Shown here piece by piece: positions 1 to 10,153 of a stretch of DNA of 64,000 bases. This DNA is from Oopsacas minuta (Eukaryota > Animalia > Porifera): NCBI GenBank assembly GCA_024704765.1, contig JAKMXF010000302.1:310001-374000 (forward strand). The letters are read 5' to 3'. How positions within the stretch are numbered: the first letter of the stretch is position 1; every line of letters starts with the position of its first letter. Below the pieces are notes generated by a model. That model was not told the origin of the DNA. It saw only the letters and a list, made by a program, of their open reading frames with translations, and ran no database searches. A program made the position numbers and the translations under genes.

Positions 1-3000
1 AGAATAGCTTAGGAATTATACTAGGAAGCTCAGTTTCGAGATTACTCATTGCTCGATCCTTTGTGTTAGTTAAATCCAGCATTTGACCTTTAAATAGTGT
101 AGATAAAGTGAATGTATGTCCTAGATTTAAGAGCGGATATGTGAAGGAGAGATCTTTAAGAATTCGTGAAAGATTAAATATTTCCTTATAAGTAGTTGAT
201 GCTGATTTAGGTAGAGCTAGCTCTAAATTGGTAGCTTCTTCAGTATCTTTTGTAGTATCTTTATCTTCTTTTGCGTCAGTACTCGAATCCTCCTTCTTCT
301 TTTTCTTAATATAATCAATAGATTGTGTTCCCATATACTTCTGTAAAACTGATAAGAGATTTGGTTTGGTGTCCTGGTTGCTGAATGTAAATACAACGAA
401 TAACCCTATGGATGCTGCTTCTTGTGAAATAGAGTTTGAAGTATTTAATAGGATAGAAAGGAGAGCTGAGTGAATTCTTTCTATCTCAATACAGAGGTTG
501 AAAGGGACAATAACCAACTGCAGCAGGGAGAGTAACCATATAGGAATTGAATAGCCTTTCTTCATGACAAGTTCATCCTTCACAGTTTTAAACAAAAACT
601 CTAGGATATAAGTTAGAATTATGATATCTAATTTCTCCGTAGTTTGCTGGCAGTAAATAGAATCGTGGAGAAATGGAAGAAACTGGAAAGCCTTAGAACG
701 ATTCCCAACTACACAAAATGAGAGACTCTCTCCTATACCAAGATGTAAATCTGCTCCTTGGAGATTGTGCTGTTTAATTAAACAATCACATACTTTCTTC
801 AAGAACTCTTCATCTCTATAACAAATAGAGAGAATACCTAGCAATAAGAACCCACACTCTTTGGTAGGAATATCAGTCTTTGAGGATTTAAGGATATCAC
901 TAATAATCTCCAACAATTCACCATGCTTAATATTAATCCTCTCCAACAGCTGATGATGAGAGAGTACAATAGCTAGACTCTGTAGGGATGTTTTAACAAT
1001 CATTAGGGATTCATGACGCATAGCTGACGTCATAAAATGTATAGATTTATCAATACAGTCTGTTTCAATTTGAGAGAATTGCTCAGCCTTACAAAACGCT
1101 ATGATATAAGCAAGAGATAGAATACTCCCATCAAAATGCTCTAATCTAAAGTTATCAGGAGCGAATGTGAATTTCTTGATAGTTAAGTTTATTTCTTCTA
1201 TAGAATTCTCTCGCATAATAAGCCCAGTTAATTCCGCAGCTAGCAGCCTCGTGTCGTCACGTCCTGAACTGATGAAAGGTTTCAAACTCTTGAACGTGAC
1301 AACGTCAGCTAATTCAGGAATGCAATGCAGTATCTCCTTTAGAGATTTAAGACTGACTTCATTGAGAGCTGAATCAGCTGCTGGTTTCAATCCGTATTGA
1401 ATAAGTTTGATATAATTGAGAAGAATATCATTTCTATTGGATAAGTTATGAAAAAATTCCTTTTTCTTCTGTAATCGTTTCTTACTGACCAATTCTAAAT
1501 CTGTCCCAGAAATCTTGGATATCAATTCTTCAAGGAATTGCAGCATCTTACCAAGGACAGCTGGTTTGAAAGGGAGTTCCCCTACACTACTACCAAACTT
1601 AACTCCTGTATTAGCACGCTCATTGCATTTATTAATTAAGAAAGAGACAAGAATATTAAATTCAGGCAACGAATCTGATTTAATTCCTTTTAAGGACAGT
1701 CCGCGAATAGCTTCATCTCTGACGTCACCCCTGGTATCGCCAGCAGCTATGAGCATGAGATAACGAGACAGTATGTGAGTAGAAGGGAATATTCTATGAC
1801 AACAACTGACGGTAGCTAACCTCACTAGAGATGTTTCCGTCTCCATAAGAGATGGGAATAGAGCTTCCAGGGTAGTTTGAACCTCTTCATTCCCTGATTT
1901 GAAAGCATCTGTCATTAGAGAAATACACTCATAGATAGCTAAACCTAAATCCTTCTCTGCGTTGAGTAAAGATTCAAACATTATTTGGAAGAATTGTATT
2001 TTCTCCTTGAAAGCTTGAGGTCTACGCTTAGACAAAAGACCAAGAGATCGGTATCCAGAAATCAACAGCTTGACATCAGTTGATTGAGTGATCAACTTCT
2101 CTAGTGCATTCTGTAATAATGGAGCCATATAGCCAATTTTCTTATCATTAGTCTTAACACACAGCTGATGAGCAAATTGTAATGAATAATCCATCAGTTT
2201 CACGTTAGTTATTTCTCCGAACAAACCTTCGAATATGATCTTAATACAGTCAGGGAATACGTCATGTGCTATATCAGATTTAATAAGAAATGGAAATATC
2301 TTTAATCGAATAAGATAATCAGCTGGCTTAGCCTCCTCAACAGCTGGCATTACCTTAGCACGCTTAGCACCCTTAGGTCTTGAGTATATATACATAGGTC
2401 CACCTAAGAACAGAGAGAACATTTCACGAATAATATCTGGCGAATTTATACAATCTGGAAGAGGAACTTTCTTGATAATTCCCTCAGCTCTTTCTTTCAC
2501 TCTAACTCTAGGGTCACCGCTTGCTGCTACTAAAAGCATAAATGTATCTGAATGATGTTTGAAATGCTCTGTAGTTAGAAATTCTAGGATAGATAGTTTA
2601 ATCTGCTCTAATACATCTTCAGTGGGAAGAATATTGTTATTAGCTTTTAGAGAAGTTATAGCTTTATGGCTGAAACCTGGAGGAAGAGAATCTCCGTATT
2701 TTTCAATGTTATAAGGCAGAAGAAGGTAATAATATAGGAACTCTATTAACAGAGGTTTGATACCTTCAATACAATCCCAAACGAATGGAAGCTGGGCAAA
2801 TCCTGTATCAGATACGCCTAGAAATTTAACGTTAGCAATCATAGGAACCAATAGTTGTAGGAGGTTAGCTTGCATCGCTGATGATTTGCTTTTTAAGCTC
2901 CCAGCGAGTACTGGAAAGATCTCAGATTTCTGAGCAGATCCACTTCTAGATAGTCCCATTCTAATGTATATCATAAGAAAGCTTGTAACTCTAGGCGGTA

Positions 3001-3280
3001 GATTATCCTGCTGGAACCTATCAAACAGCTGATTCAATGGGATTGATATATTGGGACGATCTACTAATCGTTTGTTCAAGTGAGTGAATAGTTCAATGAG
3101 CTTCTTATGAACTTGATCATCAGGAGAATTTAGTTTCATAACCAGAGGTGAGAGAAAACGCTCTAAGAACTTCTGTAAGTCATCATCTGTTTGTATCAAT
3201 GCTAGTTTAAGAAATACATGCTCTATCTGCTGTAGATCATTAGAACTAGTGGGTATATTAGCTTCTGTCTCTGTATTCAT
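1..3280 (-). CDS. ECM29: Proteasome adapter and scaffold protein ECM29; 3' end runs off the window
   Basis: Manual translation from ATG 3280: MNTETEANIPTSSNDLQQIEHVFLKLALIQTDDDLQKFLERFLSPLVMKLNSPDDQVHKKLIELFTHLNKR, matching the ECM29/ECPAS N-terminus (LERVFLRL..ETDEQLQ..FLPPVLLKL...HLNKR). Its absence from the ORF track fits an open frame with no stop before position 1. Confidence 0.9.
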   Translation of the reverse strand, partial: MNTETEANIPTSSNDLQQIEHVFLKLALIQTDDDLQKFLERFLSPLVMKLNSPDDQVHKKLIELFTHLNKRLVDRPNISIPLNQLFDRFQQDNLPPRVTSFLMIYIRMGLSRSGSAQKSEIFPVLAGSLKSKSSAMQANLLQLLVPMIANVKFLGVSDTGFAQLPFVWDCIEGIKPLLIEFLYYYLLLPYNIEKYGDSLPPGFSHKAITSLKANNNILPTEDVLEQIKLSILEFLTTEHFKHHSDTFMLLVAASGDPRVRVKERAEGIIKKVPLPDCINSPDIIREMFSLFLGGPMYIYSRPKGAKRAKVMPAVEEAKPADYLIRLKIFPFLIKSDIAHDVFPDCIKIIFEGLFGEITNVKLMDYSLQFAHQLCVKTNDKKIGYMAPLLQNALEKLITQSTDVKLLISGYRSLGLLSKRRPQAFKEKIQFFQIMFESLLNAEKDLGLAIYECISLMTDAFKSGNEEVQTTLEALFPSLMETETSLVRLATVSCCHRIFPSTHILSRYLMLIAAGDTRGDVRDEAIRGLSLKGIKSDSLPEFNILVSFLINKCNERANTGVKFGSSVGELPFKPAVLGKMLQFLEELISKISGTDLELVSKKRLQKKKEFFHNLSNRNDILLNYIKLIQYGLKPAADSALNEVSLKSLKEILHCIPELADVVTFKSLKPFISSGRDDTRLLAAELTGLIMRENSIEEINLTIKKFTFAPDNFRLEHFDGSILSLAYIIAFCKAEQFSQIETDCIDKSIHFMTSAMRHESLMIVKTSLQSLAIVLSHHQLLERINIKHGELLEIISDILKSSKTDIPTKECGFLLLGILSICYRDEEFLKKVCDCLIKQHNLQGADLHLGIGESLSFCVVGNRSKAFQFLPFLHDSIYCQQTTEKLDIIILTYILEFLFKTVKDELVMKKGYSIPIWLLSLLQLVIVPFNLCIEIERIHSALLSILLNTSNSISQEAASIGLFVVFTFSNQDTKPNLLSVLQKYMGTQSIDYIKKKKKEDSSTDAKEDKDTTKDTEEATNLELALPKSASTTYKEIFNLSRILKDLSFTYPLLNLGHTFTLSTLFKGQMLDLTNTKDRAMSNLETELPSIIPKLF

Positions 3281-3417
3281 TAAACTGAATATAGCTAGCT
3301 AAGTCAGGGAAAAGAATAGAAAGGTAATGCACTTAGTCGATATGTATTTGGACCAACGAGTACATGAATGAAATCAATAAAATGTTAGATAAATGAGTAA
3401 ATTAGTTTGGTTAAACA

Positions 3418-4263
3418 TTATGATTCAGCTACACAATTTTCTATTATCTCTACAGGCTCTTTTGATTCTGTTTGTGTTTGTGTTTGTGTTTCATTCTTCA
3501 AATTTAACTCATTCAAATTATATTTAGAAAATTCTTTATGATATCTAACTAAACCTATGAAGCATTTTGAAGCTATAACTTCTACAATTATAACAAACTC
3601 AGGATTCGAATAGTCAGGATATAAATTCATTTTCTGCTCTTCTACAGCTAGAATGATCAATTCTATAGCACTAGACCTACAGATAATCGCGTTATTTCTA
3701 CATTGATAGAATATCTTGTATTTCGTTGGTTTATCATGGAATAATTCAGAATTTCCATTCAATAAATGAGGTATAGTCTTCTTAATATCTATAATATCAG
3801 CTCTACAAATGTGAGATATTGGGATGAATCTCATTATAAATCTTGTACGTGAAATCTTGTTCTCAATAAACGATCTGAATATTCGTTCTACGAATATCCT
3901 GGGTGATATGTCAATATTACATTGAATGAAAACAAAATGTTTTGCTCCTGAATCGACAGATTGAAATTCTTTAATCTTTTCCGATTTAAGATCATCCAGC
4001 TCTAACTTTAACTGCTCTGACAAATCATTAGAGTTTGATTCAAGTTGAGTTTGTACATCCGTATCTTCTTTATAATATTCATTACAGAGGTCATATGCTT
4101 CTCTTACTGCCTTAGCTTCATTTCCAGAGTTACAAGAGATAAGAATTCCTCTCATATCAGTTGTAACCTTTTCTTGTTTCCTCCTTTTCGAGAAAGCTGT
4201 AACTTGGTTATCATAATATTTCCTCTTGCGTTGTTTATTAGAGGCACTACTCTCTGCTGACAT
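3418..4263 (-). CDS. THUMPD1: THUMP domain-containing protein 1 (tRNA ac4C adaptor, Tan1-like), intronless
   Basis: RGILISCN..E.KAVREAYDLCNEY and FQSVDSGAKHFVFI..TRFIMRFIPI motifs. Likely start is MSAESS at 4263, not the ORF-track start at 4326. Confidence 0.88.
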   Translation of the reverse strand: MSAESSASNKQRKRKYYDNQVTAFSKRRKQEKVTTDMRGILISCNSGNEAKAVREAYDLCNEYYKEDTDVQTQLESNSNDLSEQLKLELDDLKSEKIKEFQSVDSGAKHFVFIQCNIDISPRIFVERIFRSFIENKISRTRFIMRFIPISHICRADIIDIKKTIPHLLNGNSELFHDKPTKYKIFYQCRNNAIICRSSAIELIILAVEEQKMNLYPDYSNPEFVIIVEVIASKCFIGLVRYHKEFSKYNLNELNLKNETQTQTQTESKEPVEIIENCVAES

Positions 4264-4423
4264 CCTAATGAGTAGAAACATTTCAATGCAAAATTTATTA
4301 AATAATAGATAACTTTTGAAGTACAAATATTTTGTCGTATGCAGTAAAAGTGTAAAATGTGTAAGTGATAAATAGCTATAAAGTCTAAGATATGTTATAT
4401 AGTATAGAGACTATATTAGTGGG

Positions 4424-7400
4424 TTAGTCTGCATCAGTTTGGTTGGATAAAGTAGTATCACAGTTAGAATAAGAGTCTAAATGGAGGAAAGGTTCTGAAA
4501 GAACGTTAGGTGATTGGGTGACCCTGTGAATGCTAGAAGATGAAAAGAATAGAGGAGGAGGTAGATTAGCAGATGAGATATACTCAGAAGTAGGTAGTTT
4601 AAATTTGTTCGAGGGAGCTGTCATTATACGAGTATTCTTGGTTTTCAGCTGGGAATGAGAGGATTGTAATTGTAATCTTGTTAGATGGTTATTAAGTATT
4701 TTCTGTTCTTGCTCCCACTGCCTTTCCTTAGTCATATACTTGGTCAGCTGTTGTGTATATTGATCGTTTCTATCTTCCAACTCATCGATACGATTCTGAA
4801 AGTTATCCCGTTGTGATTCAAGGTTCTTTAGTTTGATAGAAACTGATTGTTGCTCAAATTTACTTTGTACTACTTCCCCTTTCAATTCTTCATTAGTACG
4901 TTTCAGTTTCGAATTTTCTTCTTTCAACTTTTTGGTTGCATTCTCAAATCTGTCAGTAATAGTTTTAGTCTCTCCTCTCCATTTTGCTCCTAGACGTTGA
5001 TGAGAAGATAACAAGTTTCTGAGCTCATTGGTAGTTTCACGATGACAAGATTCTGTTCCTTCAAATTTAGCTTGTAATTCAGCTTCCTTAGCTCTGAATT
5101 GATTACTCAGAGATTGCAGCTTTTGCATATATTTCCGTTCACAAGTTTCTAAATTAAGATTAGATTCTTTCAAGTTAGTTTTCAACTCTTCAACTTGTCT
5201 GCTGAGTCTCAGCTGATCCTGTTTCTGAGCCTGAATTTGAGAATGAAGTGATTCTTGTCGTTGTTTATTGTTTTGTTTATCTGTTTGTGTGAGTTTCTGT
5301 TCTTGATCCAGCTGTTCTCTCACTTGTAAATAGTCTGAATAAATACCTTCCATTTTGAGTATAGCAGTCTCCCTCTCCAATTCTACACTAGACAGACGTT
5401 GCTGCAACTGATGTATCGCTTCTAAATTCTGAGAAAGATATCCTCTCTTTAATCTCTCCAAATCTTTCTGAGAATTTTGCTTCTCTTTGAGAACTTTTTC
5501 AAATTCCGTCTCTCTCGCTTGGGCCTCATCCTCCAAACTCCTAATTTCACGAGCCATATTAGAAATACTCTGATTACATTCTAGTCTAACTTCATCTACA
5601 CCTTGTTTTGTTTTGTGTCCCACCTCTTCAACAAGTTGTACTAGAGTATCATTCAATCTATCAATTTCTGAATTAGCCTGTTGAGCTTTCATCATTGCTT
5701 GATTCTTCTCAATCATTGCTACTTCTACCATGTCAATACTCTCCTTAACGTGACGAACTGCTTCTTGTTCTCGAGATTCCAAGCTGGCCAATTTACGACT
5801 GTTAGCCATTAAGGAATGCTCGAGTTCAGCTCTTTGTTCTTGTAAAGCCATTATTTCCTTCTTCTGCTCAGATAGTAACATAGCTCTCTGTTGTATGTGA
5901 GATTTCATACGAGATTTTTCCTGTTCAGATTCCAAATCACTCTGTATGTAATTCTCCTTCTCATCTTCAAGAGTTCTAACCCTTTGACTTGCCTATACAA
6001 TGCATAAATAAATTATTCTATTAATAGTACAGATTGTTAATAAATACTTAATCAAAACAGAACCTTACGTAATTCCTGGTGAAATATCTATCAAATTTCT
6101 ATTGATGGAATAGAGATATATATATGAACAGAATAGGATTAGATTTAGTAAATTCAGATAATTCAATACTAATTGTAAGAAGTTATGGCATCATACTTCA
6201 AATCTGCAGCCAGCTCTTATAAGTTCGGAGATCTAACTAAGACAACACTATGGGGATTAAAAGAAGGCGTACACCTATACACGGGAAAGGATGAGTACGA
6301 ATTTGGAGACGTGGCAAGGAAAACTACTAAACATTTGAGTTATCTAGCTGGATTGGTACAAAGTAATCAGAATGAAGATGATCAAGAGGTTTCACAAAGT
6401 GAATTGTCTGAAGAAAATTTGAATACTCCTAACTCACCAGAAGTTATAAATAAATCTAATCCTGAGCCAGTAGAAGACCGTAATAAACTGGTTGATAATC
6501 TGCAAGATGGAACAGCAAGCAATAGCGATGTAATGAACATATTCTCACGAGCTTTTTGGTCTCCCAGAATACAACATACTGTTATATTCACTCCATCAGA
6601 AGAGATTAATCCTGACGTCATATGGGATTCATTCTTTGACAGAGCCTACGAACTAGCTAACCAATGCTTACAATTGACTGTTCTCAACATGGATGATTTC
6701 GTGTGTGAAGAACCATTCTTATACATGGGACTACCATCGCTTATTCTAATCGAGGTCGTGCATCGCTCGCTTGACTGTACAGATGGATTCATTCTATCTA
6801 CTGGTATGAAGCTAACGGGAGATAATTGCCCTGAAAAACACATGTTACTATTCGCATGTATGCAAGCATCAAGAGGAAGACTAAAACTCTTACAACTCAA
6901 CACGAATGAACTGGCAGTGATGAAACTTAGACTTCTATTCGCGGGAGATGATAGTAAAGAGGTACCGTTAGAGCTGACAGAGAGTATAGGTATTGAGAGG
7001 TTGTCGGCTATCAACGCGGTTGTTGCAGAAGTTACGAGTGTTGCTATACATCTTACTCAAGAAGTTATTTTTAAGCAGAAATTCAGAGCAATATTTGAAA
7101 GTATTACGAAGAATGTTTAGTTGTGTATCTATTCCTTAATTTTCCTACTAACGAGTAAATGTGGTAGTTTACTGTGTGGTTATTAAATTATGAGATTTCG
7201 TATTTACCTGTTCAATCAGTTTCTCCAGTTGTGTGTTTTTCAATTTCATCATCCCCAGCTGAGATTTCGCTTCATCAAACTCTCCTTGTAGACTCTCCAA
7301 ATGTTCAGCTTTTCTCTTAAGATATCCAGTAGACTTCTCAGTTTCCATCTCGAGAGTTTCCTTATAGTTCTGCAGTTCAGTGAAGTTCTGTTTCAACACA

Positions 7401-7987
7401 CTTATCTCTTCATTCGTTGTAAAATTTCTAGAGTTAAGCTCCAGCAATCTACTGCTCTGCTCTTGTGAATTTTTCTGTTGTCTTAGTAGTGCATGTTGTG
7501 ACGCTTGCCATTTGTCAAGATAACTATCTCTCTCATGAGTCACAATAGCTATCTGCTGCTTCAAGTTATCTACAAGCTCAGATGAAATTGTTTCTTCAGA
7601 ATTCCCTACATCTTCTATCTGACTGTTATCTCCTATTTGTGACCTCAACGCTTTGTCTAGCTCTTCATAGAGACGTTTGTTCTCATCAGTCAATTCGTGT
7701 ATTTTCTGAGACAAAATCTCCAATTCATTTTGGTAGAAAAGATTATGTTTCTTAAGTTCCTCTATTACCCTGTCGTACTCAACTAGAAGCGGAGCAAGAA
7801 TACCTCTCTTCTCCAACAACAAAGACGCTTCTTTCCCAACTCTAACGGGTACCTCCTCTTGCGAATCAAACTGGATAGGAGAGGGAGTTTCCTTTTGATA
7901 ATGATCTAACTGACTTGACAATCTCTGTACCTGATCCAAAAGGAAGTTCACTTGTGAATCTGTAGCTGTATCAGCTGATTCACTCAT
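4424..7987 (-). CDS. SCLT1: Sodium channel and clathrin linker 1 (centriole distal appendage protein); exons 7987-7208, possible 30-nt exon 6098-6069, and 5992-4424
   Basis: ORF 7169-7987 matches the SCLT1 N-half (QVNFLLDQVQRL, ILAPLLVEYD, DNLKQQIAIVTHERDSYLDKWQ). ORF 4424-5935 matches the C-half (EAVRHVKESIDMVEVA, ELRNLLSSHQRLGAKWRGETK). Phase-0 donor CAG|GTAAAT at 7208/7207 and phase-0 acceptor TAG|GCA at 5993/5992 join the halves in frame. Confidence 0.82.
6185..7120 (+). CDS. Intronless 311-aa uncharacterised protein nested antisense in the SCLT1 intron; N-terminal Y-x-FGD repeats, C-terminal region resembling plant At3g27390-family C-terminal domain
   Basis: Long ORF with ATG and stop entirely inside SCLT1 intron 1. 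Repeats YKFGDLTK and GKDEYEFGDVARK; region WDSFFDRA..MGLPSLILIEVVHRS..GFILS..LLFAGD..FKQKF. The domain similarity is from recall only. Confidence 0.8.
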   Translation: MASYFKSAASSYKFGDLTKTTLWGLKEGVHLYTGKDEYEFGDVARKTTKHLSYLAGLVQSNQNEDDQEVSQSELSEENLNTPNSPEVINKSNPEPVEDRNKLVDNLQDGTASNSDVMNIFSRAFWSPRIQHTVIFTPSEEINPDVIWDSFFDRAYELANQCLQLTVLNMDDFVCEEPFLYMGLPSLILIEVVHRSLDCTDGFILSTGMKLTGDNCPEKHMLLFACMQASRGRLKLLQLNTNELAVMKLRLLFAGDDSKEVPLELTESIGIERLSAINAVVAEVTSVAIHLTQEVIFKQKFRAIFESITKNV

Positions 7988-8162
7988 CTACAGACTTTAT
8001 TAATTATTTATTAAAATTCTTATATTAAATCAAAATATGAACATTATTAGCAAAAATATTATTCTTACACAACAGTGGAATAGAGTCCAACAAATTTACA
8101 ATGATAGAATTGCGAAATATACAATACAATATAAGTCAGCACTTAAGAAAATATATTTTCAA

Positions 8163-9836
8163 TCAGAGCTTATTAGCTATAAAATTCAGATCAACCTTAT
8201 CTTCCTCGCTTGAGTAGTCCGCCTCTGCCATAAGAAATGGTGACGTATTAGCCTTACCAAATAGGAAATCTTTAAAATCTCCTCTAACAATTGTTAGCAA
8301 CAGAGTTGATGCTAAGATGGAAGGGACAATATACAGCAGAGCTGGTTGCCCCATTTTTGTTACAACACTAATAATGAAAGCCAGGGCCAAACTGACCATG
8401 TAGCTCAATATACAAATAAGATAGGTAAGTTTGAATTTCCTCTCTCTGAGGTTATCGTAGTAGAGACAGTAACTGAGGAATAAACCAGGCAAAGCAACAT
8501 CTCCAAACCCCAAACCTGCGATAAATATCTGCGGAAATTGACAGGCAACTTCCTGAGGTGTTAACGTTAGATGCGGTATAAGGAATAGAAAGGGAATATT
8601 CTCATTATCTGTTGGGGTGTAAGGAACAACTTCTTGTATTGAAAAGTTAGAATTTGACAATCTACTCGAAACATCTGGACCAAAAGCTACATACTCCATG
8701 ATACTACGTCCATCAGTTGTGAATAGCGGAGTTATGAACACAAAAAACACATCGTACACGACTAGAACACATAACAATGGAATAAGAAAGGAAATAGAGC
8801 TTTTGAATTGAAGTATAGATAGCATATATGTGATTAGAAAACATCCCAGAATATCCTGTAGTATCCAAGCATAGTATGATTGTCTACACAAAATCCACCA
8901 TAGCGATAATATTACACTTGTCAGAGATAGTATGAAGAACTTTGGATCTGGTCTGTTCTTTAGGATGGGGAATTCGTTAGCAGGGATACGGCAAGTAATA
9001 TACTTTATTTGAGCTATAAATGGCGAGAATACTGAGTAGATAGCAATAGATGTACTGATGCAGAATATAATCATTGCAATCCAAACAAAATACTCGTAGA
9101 AGAAATATAGTCCTAGTAAGAACGCAATCATAGCTCCAAGCAAGAAAACTATATAGATAAATAAACCGAACTGCTTCTCCTCTTCTTCCTGAGAGAATAT
9201 GACCAAATTGCTCAGATCCACTTCCCCCTTACGTTGCAATAAGCCATACTTCAAGAATTCTATATCACACCCGCCCAATATACTACCTAAAATCAATGGT
9301 ATAAGTGCTATGAAGAAGAGAACAATTTTATTAACGTTTAAAGAAGGAGTGTTCACGAGTTCTATTGAAACAGTAGTATAGTCAGCTGAACTAACCAACT
9401 TAAATGAAGATTTTGGTACGATTATTAAGGGTATTGTATAGTTGTCTATTATGGTACTGTTGAGATTGGGAATTGGGAGAGGATAGGCAGAAGCAACGAG
9501 TAACATACTTGCATTAGCGTTAGCAGCTTGAATAATCTTAGTATCGAATGAACAACTCCCTCTAACGATAAACAATACATTTTCATCTATCAGTCTCATA
9601 CTCTTATTAGCAAGCGTATCACACCCATAAGAACGAAATGAAATAACTTCAACTGGTTCAGGAGAAGGCAACGCACCACTCAATGCTGAGAACTCCCCAC
9701 AAACAGAATTACTCACAACTTCAGCTTCATTTCTTAGAGTAACTGATTCGAACGTTACATAAACAAACTCTCCGTATATTGGATTCAGCAGTGCAAATAG
9801 TGAACAAACCAAGCATATTAAACGGTCATAAAGCAT
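8163..9836 (-). CDS. SPPL2: Signal peptide peptidase-like 2 (GxGD intramembrane aspartyl protease with PA domain), intronless
   Basis: Signal peptide, PA domain (VRGSCSFDTK), catalytic YD (VYDVFFVFITP), LGFGD and QPALLY motifs. First ATG is at 9836. Confidence 0.92.
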   Translation of the reverse strand: MLYDRLICLVCSLFALLNPIYGEFVYVTFESVTLRNEAEVVSNSVCGEFSALSGALPSPEPVEVISFRSYGCDTLANKSMRLIDENVLFIVRGSCSFDTKIIQAANANASMLLVASAYPLPIPNLNSTIIDNYTIPLIIVPKSSFKLVSSADYTTVSIELVNTPSLNVNKIVLFFIALIPLILGSILGGCDIEFLKYGLLQRKGEVDLSNLVIFSQEEEEKQFGLFIYIVFLLGAMIAFLLGLYFFYEYFVWIAMIIFCISTSIAIYSVFSPFIAQIKYITCRIPANEFPILKNRPDPKFFILSLTSVILSLWWILCRQSYYAWILQDILGCFLITYMLSILQFKSSISFLIPLLCVLVVYDVFFVFITPLFTTDGRSIMEYVAFGPDVSSRLSNSNFSIQEVVPYTPTDNENIPFLFLIPHLTLTPQEVACQFPQIFIAGLGFGDVALPGLFLSYCLYYDNLRERKFKLTYLICILSYMVSLALAFIISVVTKMGQPALLYIVPSILASTLLLTIVRGDFKDFLFGKANTSPFLMAEADYSSEEDKVDLNFIANKL

Positions 9837-10153
9837 TGAATCCAAACGAATTTCTTATAAATTTGCTAGGAAAAGAAGAATTCAGAATATTTATATAATA
9901 TTCATGTAACCTTGAAAAGAACTTTCCAATAAACGAACAGCACTATGTGCATATAATGCTACCCTCAAATAGACAATTATGAAGACAAGTAATAATCAGT
10001 GTAATTGAAATTAATATAACATGGAAAACTGATACAGGTGGTTAACTTATACAACATACCAATGACAAATATGTGTTGTCAAGAAAATACATGTAATAAC
10101 ACAAAGAATATTTACATTTCACTCCATAATGAGAAAATATATAAGATATTATA

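Noticed and set aside
1167-1763. Short plus-strand ORFs
   Set aside because: Antisense to the continuous ECM29 frame. The same applies to most short ORFs opposite long genes elsewhere in the window.
4424-5935. Calling this ORF SDCCAG8 and 7169-7987 CEP89 as separate genes
   Set aside because: Both halves match consecutive parts of SCLT1 and join through in-frame splice sites.
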